DNA from: Patescibacteria group bacterium
GTDB taxonomy: Bacteria > Patescibacteriota > JAQUNI01
Assembly: GCA_028717685.1 (NCBI GenBank)
Contig: JAQUNI010000002.1
Coordinates: 71,903 to 135,902, forward strand
Length of the DNA stretch: 64,000 nucleotides
Direction: 5' to 3'
In this document: positions 58,767 to 64,000 of the stretch, piece by piece
Numbering within the stretch: position 1 is the first letter of the stretch
How the letters are laid out: each line of letters begins with the position of its first letter
Notes under the pieces: generated by a model
What the model saw: only the letters and a program-made list of their open reading frames with translations
What the model was told of the DNA's origin: nothing
The model's database searches: none
Program-made: the position numbers and the translations under genes

Positions 58767-59486
58767 ATGCCTGAAATCCATCTTTCAGTGATTATTCCCG
58801 CTTATAATGAAGAGAAAAGGATTGCCGCGACCTTGAGAGATATTTATGATTATTTAAAAAAACAGAGCTTTGAAAGTGAAATTTTGCTTTTAGATGATGG
58901 TTCTCGCGATAAGACGGTAGAGGTGGCCCGATCCTTAGATATTCCGAATCTTAAAGTTATTGACAATTCAGAGAATCACGGCAAGGGTTATGTTGTGCGG
59001 CAGGGAATGTTGGAGGCTCGAGGCTCTTATCGTTTGTTTACGGATGCGGATAATTCCACCAAAATTTCCGAATTGGAAAAATTTTGGCCTTATTTTCAAA
59101 ATGGTTTTGATGTCGTGATTGGTTCTATTGAAATTAAAGGCAGCATAGTTCATGAAAGGGCAGCTTGGTATCGCCGGACCTTGGGGAAACTCGCCAAAAT
59201 TTTAATCCGCATGGTTCTGATTTGGGAGATTCACGACACCCAAAGAGGCTTTAAGTGTTTTACAGCCGAGAGCGCTGTGAAGATTTTTCCGAAACAAACA
59301 ATTGAGCGTTGGGGTTTTGATATGGAAATTCTGCAGATTGCCAAAAAGCAGGGGTTTAAAATTAAGGAATTGCCTGTATCTTGGGAGAATCCCGCGGGGA
59401 GCAAGGTAACCTTAGGGTCTTATCTTTCCTCATTTCGAGAGTTAATGAGGATTAAATGGAACAGCTTAAGAGGGAAGTACAAATAA
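58767..59486 (+). CDS. GT2 glycosyltransferase (dolichyl-phosphate glucosyltransferase-like)
   Basis: IIPAYNE, DDGSRD, FTDAD, DTQRGFK. Confidence 0.9.
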   Translation: MPEIHLSVIIPAYNEEKRIAATLRDIYDYLKKQSFESEILLLDDGSRDKTVEVARSLDIPNLKVIDNSENHGKGYVVRQGMLEARGSYRLFTDADNSTKISELEKFWPYFQNGFDVVIGSIEIKGSIVHERAAWYRRTLGKLAKILIRMVLIWEIHDTQRGFKCFTAESAVKIFPKQTIERWGFDMEILQIAKKQGFKIKELPVSWENPAGSKVTLGSYLSSFRELMRIKWNSLRGKYK

Positions 59487-59610
59487 TAATTTCTAATTTT
59501 TAATTTCTAATTTTTATTAAATTTCTAATGACCAAATTTTTAAACCGTTTAGAAATTGATTCATTGAAAATTTAATAAAAATTAAAAATTGATAATTGAA
59601 AATTTCTTTA

Positions 59611-60624
59611 ATGACAGATAAAAATAGAAATCAAATCTTAAAATCAGAACTACGTCAAGATCTAGTGACGGGGGAATGGGTGGTGATTTCGCCTAAAAGG
59701 AAAAAGCGGCCAAGTACACCTTTTATTGAAGCCCATTACCGATATAAAGAACAAGCGGAATGTATATTTTGTGATCCAGTGAAATCAAATCAAGAAAAGG
59801 ATGTTCTGATTTACTATGATAAGAATAAAAGATGGGTTGTTCGGGTTTTTCCCAATAAATATCCTGCTTTTCAGAGGAGAAACAGCTTAAATAAAAAGCT
59901 GCACGGTCCTTACCTTACGGAAGATGCCATTGGTTTTCATGAAGTTGTGGTGACGCGCGACCATAAGCGCTCTTTGGCTTCTCTTAACGTCAGCGAAGTA
60001 GCGGGGGTTTTACGAGCCTATCAGGAGAGATACATTAAATTAATGAACAAGAAATTCGTAGATTATATTCTGGTTTTTTATAATCATGGACGCACTGCCG
60101 GCGCTTCGGTGGCCCATCCCCATTCTCAACTGATTGCTATGCCGTTTGTTTCTATGGATATTCAGAAAGAAATACGGGGAGCAGAGGATTATTTTTTGAG
60201 GAATCGGGAATGCGTTTTTTGCCGGATGGTGGATCAAGAATTAACAGAGAAAAAGAGAATAGTTTTTCAAAATGAGTATTTTGTGGTTTTTTGCCCTTTT
60301 GCCTCCCGAATGGGGTATGAGATGTGGCTCGTGCCCAAAGAACACCATCCTTATTTTGAAAGGTTGGAGCAGGGAGGAAGGGATAAGGCAGCCGAGGCTT
60401 TAAAAGAAGCTCTCTCGCGGCTGGATAAGCTACTAGAAGAACCTGACTACAATTTTTATCTCCACACTTCCCCTTGCGATGGTCACATCCATTCTTATTA
60501 TCATTGGCATATTGAGATCTTGCCTAAATATTCCACTTGGGCAGGGTTTGAACTAGGTACAGGTATAGAGATTAATACCGTATTACCAGAAAATGCAGCA
60601 GAAGAGTTAAGATTGATAGTTTAA
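59611..60624 (+). CDS. galT: Galactose-1-phosphate uridylyltransferase
   Basis: ELRQD..TGEWV, CIFC, NKYP, HPHSQ. Confidence 0.92.
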   Translation: MTDKNRNQILKSELRQDLVTGEWVVISPKRKKRPSTPFIEAHYRYKEQAECIFCDPVKSNQEKDVLIYYDKNKRWVVRVFPNKYPAFQRRNSLNKKLHGPYLTEDAIGFHEVVVTRDHKRSLASLNVSEVAGVLRAYQERYIKLMNKKFVDYILVFYNHGRTAGASVAHPHSQLIAMPFVSMDIQKEIRGAEDYFLRNRECVFCRMVDQELTEKKRIVFQNEYFVVFCPFASRMGYEMWLVPKEHHPYFERLEQGGRDKAAEALKEALSRLDKLLEEPDYNFYLHTSPCDGHIHSYYHWHIEILPKYSTWAGFELGTGIEINTVLPENAAEELRLIV

Positions 60625-60768
60625 AGTTCAAAGTTAGAAGTGCCCGCCCGCCTCGCACTCCCGCGAAGCTTGTGAGCGGGCGCGGCAAAGTTGTAGTTAA
60701 GAGTTAAAAGTTAAAAAATTTTTAATCTTGAACTTAACTTTAAACTTTGAATTTTGAATTTTTAACTA

Positions 60769-61266
60769 ATGTTTAATTATTCCTCTTGGTTTTCCAATTT
60801 TCCTCCTGAGTTGGCGACATTTTTAATTGCCGCATTGCCTATTTCGGAATTGCGCGGCGCGTTGCCTTTGGGTTATACTGTTTATCATTTATCTCTCTGG
60901 TCAGCTTTTTTGTGGTCGCTTTTCGGCAATGTAGCAAGCGCTGTAATTTTTTTGGTTATTTTGGAACCCGTTTCTTCATTCTTGAGCAATCATTTCCGTT
61001 TTTTTCAAAGATTTTTCCGGTGGCTTTTTGAACGCACCCGCAAGAAACACTCCCAAAAATTTGAAAAATGGGGGGCACTTGCTCTTATTACGTTTGTCGC
61101 AATTCCCTTGCCTTTGACCGGCGGTTGGAGCGGGGCAATAGCCGCCTTTGTGTTTAGGATTCCTTTTAAAAAGGCCGCTCTCTCTATATCAATGGGAATT
61201 TTTCTGGCTGGGGTTATTGTGGCGCTTGTAACATTGGGCGGAGTAAGAGGCTGGCAGGCTCTCTAA
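60769..61266 (+). CDS. Small multidrug export family membrane protein
   Basis: PISELRGALP, FVAIPLP.TGGWSG. Confidence 0.85.
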   Translation: MFNYSSWFSNFPPELATFLIAALPISELRGALPLGYTVYHLSLWSAFLWSLFGNVASAVIFLVILEPVSSFLSNHFRFFQRFFRWLFERTRKKHSQKFEKWGALALITFVAIPLPLTGGWSGAIAAFVFRIPFKKAALSISMGIFLAGVIVALVTLGGVRGWQAL

Positions 61267-61317
61267 TTTTAATAATGAAAAGCTATTTTTATAGAGGGGT
61301 GCGGCTTCATCAATTTT

Positions 61318-62073
61318 ATGCCTAATGGCGCGAAAAAAAATCTCATCGTGGGTAATTGGAAAATGCAAACCTTTTTAAAGGAGGGGAGAGAATTAGCGCG
61401 TACGCTAGAGGGTGAAATTACAGGAGAAGAAGGGGAAATTGTGATTTGTCCTCCTTTCACGCAGTTAGCGATTGTAAAGGCGAATATCCATAAAATTCAT
61501 TTGGGCGCGCAGGATCTATTTTGGGAAACAGAGGGGGCTTATACAGGCGAAATTTCCGGGAGGATGCTTCAAGAAATTGGCTGCGAATATGTGATTGTCG
61601 GTCATTCGGAGAGAAGGAAATATCTTGGCGAGACTGACGCAATGATTAACAAAAAGATGCTTGCGGCTTTTGGGAGCGGTTTGGTACCTATTCTGTGCGT
61701 GGGCGAGAGTCTGGAGCAAAAAGAGAAAGACAAAACTTTAGAGATTGTTGAAAAGCAGTTGCTCTTCTCTTTCGCCGGGGTCAATGCGCCCGATAATTTT
61801 GTTATTGCCTATGAGCCGATATGGGCTATTGGCACGGGACAAACGATGGAACCGAAGGAAGCGGAAATAGTCGCGCGCTACCTGCGCCAGCTTATATCCA
61901 AAAGATATAGCGAGAGCGTTGCCAGTCAAGGTAAAATGTTGTACGGAGGCAGTGTGGATGGGCAAAATGTCGTTCACTTCGCGCAACAAGAGAATATTGA
62001 TGGGATTTTAGTAGGGGGCGCCAGCGTGGATGCCGCGGAATTTATTAAGATTGTGAAAGCGGTAGGTAGATAA
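61318..62073 (+). CDS. tpiA: Triosephosphate isomerase
   Basis: GNWKM, GHSERR, AYEPIWAIGTG, YGGSV. Confidence 0.97.
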   Translation: MPNGAKKNLIVGNWKMQTFLKEGRELARTLEGEITGEEGEIVICPPFTQLAIVKANIHKIHLGAQDLFWETEGAYTGEISGRMLQEIGCEYVIVGHSERRKYLGETDAMINKKMLAAFGSGLVPILCVGESLEQKEKDKTLEIVEKQLLFSFAGVNAPDNFVIAYEPIWAIGTGQTMEPKEAEIVARYLRQLISKRYSESVASQGKMLYGGSVDGQNVVHFAQQENIDGILVGGASVDAAEFIKIVKAVGR

Positions 62074-62343
62074 TGCAGAATGTAAAGATTAAAATGTAAA
62101 ATAACAATATGAAGTTCTAAGAATTCATGGAATACCATGTAGTGTATACCGTTATTGCGCCTATGGCTTTCTGGTGTGTGGGTAAAAAATTCTAAACTCA
62201 AAATCTCAATTTCCAAATAAATTACAATTTTCAAAATCTAAAATTCTAAACACCACTCTATCTCTACATTTTGAATTTTTAAAAATTGGAATTTGGAATT
62301 TATTTAGGATTTGGAATTTTGAATTTGAGATTTACTTAAAATT

Positions 62344-63213
62344 ATGTTAGCCAGACTTAGAGATTTAATTGAAAAAGCGCGGGAGGAGGTTTATGCCTTA
62401 GGTGCGTTTAATACCTGCAATTTGGAGATGACCCAAGGGATTATTCGCGCCGCCTCTAGTATGAAATCTCCCCTTGTGGTTCAGGTTTCTGAAACGACCA
62501 TTAGCTACGCAGGCTTGAAGGCAATTACGCGGATTGTGCGGAGCGTAGTGGAAACGGAGGGGAAGGATGCGCCTATTGCTTTACACCTTGACCATGGTCG
62601 GAGTTTTCGCTCCATCGTGGAATGTATTAAAGCGGGCTTTTCCTCCGTGCAAATTGACGCGGCGGATTTAAGCTTTGAAGAGAATGTGGCTCTCACCCGT
62701 CAGGTGGTGGAATTCGCCCATTCCAAGGATATTTTCGTGCAGGGTGAACTGGGCACTATCCCGGGATTACACGGACAATCAAAGAATAATCATAAGAACC
62801 ATGCTATCGAATATACTGATCCCCTGCAGGCGAAGGAATATGTGCAACGGACAGATATAGATTCTTTGGCTGTTTCCGTGGGCACTTCTCATGGTCTCTA
62901 CCGCACGGAGATCAGATTTGATATTTTGGACGAAATCAGGAGCTTAGTGGATATTCCTTTAGTTTTGCATGGCGCTTCCGGAGAAACGCGTCAAGATGTC
63001 AGGAAGGCAATTCAAAGCGGCGTGAATAATATTAATATTGATACAGAACTTCGTTTTGCTTTCATTAAAGCTTTAAAGGATTTTTTCTTAAAGGATAAAG
63101 AGGAAATTGATCCTCGGAAAGTTCTCGCTTGTGGTCGTGATGCTGTCCAGAAAGTAGTAGAAGAGAAATTGGATTTAGTTGGCAGTGTGGGTCAGGCTCG
63201 TTTAATAGTTTAA
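62344..63213 (+). CDS. fba: Class II fructose-bisphosphate aldolase
   Basis: LHLDHG, GTSHG, LVLHGASG. Confidence 0.93.
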   Translation: MLARLRDLIEKAREEVYALGAFNTCNLEMTQGIIRAASSMKSPLVVQVSETTISYAGLKAITRIVRSVVETEGKDAPIALHLDHGRSFRSIVECIKAGFSSVQIDAADLSFEENVALTRQVVEFAHSKDIFVQGELGTIPGLHGQSKNNHKNHAIEYTDPLQAKEYVQRTDIDSLAVSVGTSHGLYRTEIRFDILDEIRSLVDIPLVLHGASGETRQDVRKAIQSGVNNINIDTELRFAFIKALKDFFLKDKEEIDPRKVLACGRDAVQKVVEEKLDLVGSVGQARLIV

Positions 63214-63313
63214 CTTGTCTGAAAGATCCTTCTGGACTGAAAGTCCATTAGGATTGAAGTTTTGCAGGCAATATAGCGATACTTTATAATAAGAATCCAT
63301 AAATTTTAAAAAT

Positions 63314-64000
63314 ATGAAACCACAAAATTCTTCCCCAGTTATTGACTCTGCGAAAATCAAAATTGCGATAAATGGTTTTGGAAGAATTGGTCGGGCTGCT
63401 TTTCAGGTCTCTTTAGAAAAGAAAAATTTGGAAGTAGTCGCTATTAACGATTTAGGCGATCCGGAGAACTTAGCCTATCTTTTAAAGTATGATTCGGTTT
63501 ACGGTCGTTATTCAAAAAAAGTGGAAAGAGAAGGAGACCAAATCAAGGTGGATGGCAGGAGATACAGATGTTACAGTGAAAAAGATCCGACAAAGCTTCC
63601 TTGGAAAACTCTGGATGTTGATATTGTTTTGGAATGCACGGGATTTTTCACGGAAAGGGAAGGGGCGGAAAAACATCTCCAAGCGGGAGCTCGAAGGGTG
63701 ATTATTTCGGCTCCCACCAAGTCTGAAGATGTACCCACCTATATTATCGGCGTGAATCATCAAGAATATAAAAAAGAAGACCTGATTATTTCTAACGCTT
63801 CCTGCACAACCAACGCTTTAGCGCCGCTCCTTAAGGTGCTAAACGATTCCGTGGGTGTTGAAAAATCTCTGATGACGACTGTGCATAGCTATACTTCCAC
63901 CCAGAGTTTGGTGGATAGTCCGGCAGCAAAAGATTTTCGGCGTGGTCGGGCAGCGGCTTTAAATATGGCGCCTTCCACGACTGGCGCCGCCATAGCCGCG
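63314..64000 (+). CDS. gap: Glyceraldehyde-3-phosphate dehydrogenase (runs off the window end; absent from the ORF track)
   Basis: INGFGRIGR, ECTG, ISAP, NASCTTN read directly from the sequence. Confidence 0.95.
   Translation, partial: MKPQNSSPVIDSAKIKIAINGFGRIGRAAFQVSLEKKNLEVVAINDLGDPENLAYLLKYDSVYGRYSKKVEREGDQIKVDGRRYRCYSEKDPTKLPWKTLDVDIVLECTGFFTEREGAEKHLQAGARRVIISAPTKSEDVPTYIIGVNHQEYKKEDLIISNASCTTNALAPLLKVLNDSVGVEKSLMTTVHSYTSTQSLVDSPAAKDFRRGRAAALNMAPSTTGAAIAA

Noticed and set aside
1-64000. CRISPR array or cas genes
   Set aside because: No regularly spaced 25-40-nt direct repeats with unique spacers and no cas-like ORFs

Overview
Bacterial chromosome window that looks like a Patescibacteria/CPR (Parcubacteria-like) genome. 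The spc cluster has no rpmD, S14 is the zinc type, there is a CPR-style VirD4/TraG-like ATPase and a split ComEC, and core genes start at T-rich, SD-less sites. About 37.8-64 kb is housekeeping: str, S10 and spc ribosomal clusters, secY-adk-map, ruvX, a GT2, galT, tpiA, fba and partial gap. About 1-37 kb is mixed: Pif1 helicase, competence genes, ndk, a copper-efflux operon, an ABC exporter, a RAYT pseudogene with REPs, and an accessory block 3' of tRNA-Pro(GGG). Four signals stand out. (1) Three tandem promoter/leader-peptide/antiterminator/terminator units at 12.5-14.6 kb, all missed by the ORF track: a Leu-rich leader before a stand-alone LeuA allosteric domain, an aromatic-rich (FFDFWFY) leader before a GCS2-family ligase, and a third before a 73-aa orphan. 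(2) A solitary retron-like reverse transcriptase with YVDN in place of YxDD, transcribed behind a ~148-nt structured leader whose 5' end matches the predicted TSS. (3) Several families of palindromic or heptad-periodic repeats, some nested and some fused into coding ends. (4) Small genes missing from the ORF track: rpmB and a 24-aa Lys/Arg peptide. All calls come from reading the sequence by eye; no database searches or folding programs were run.
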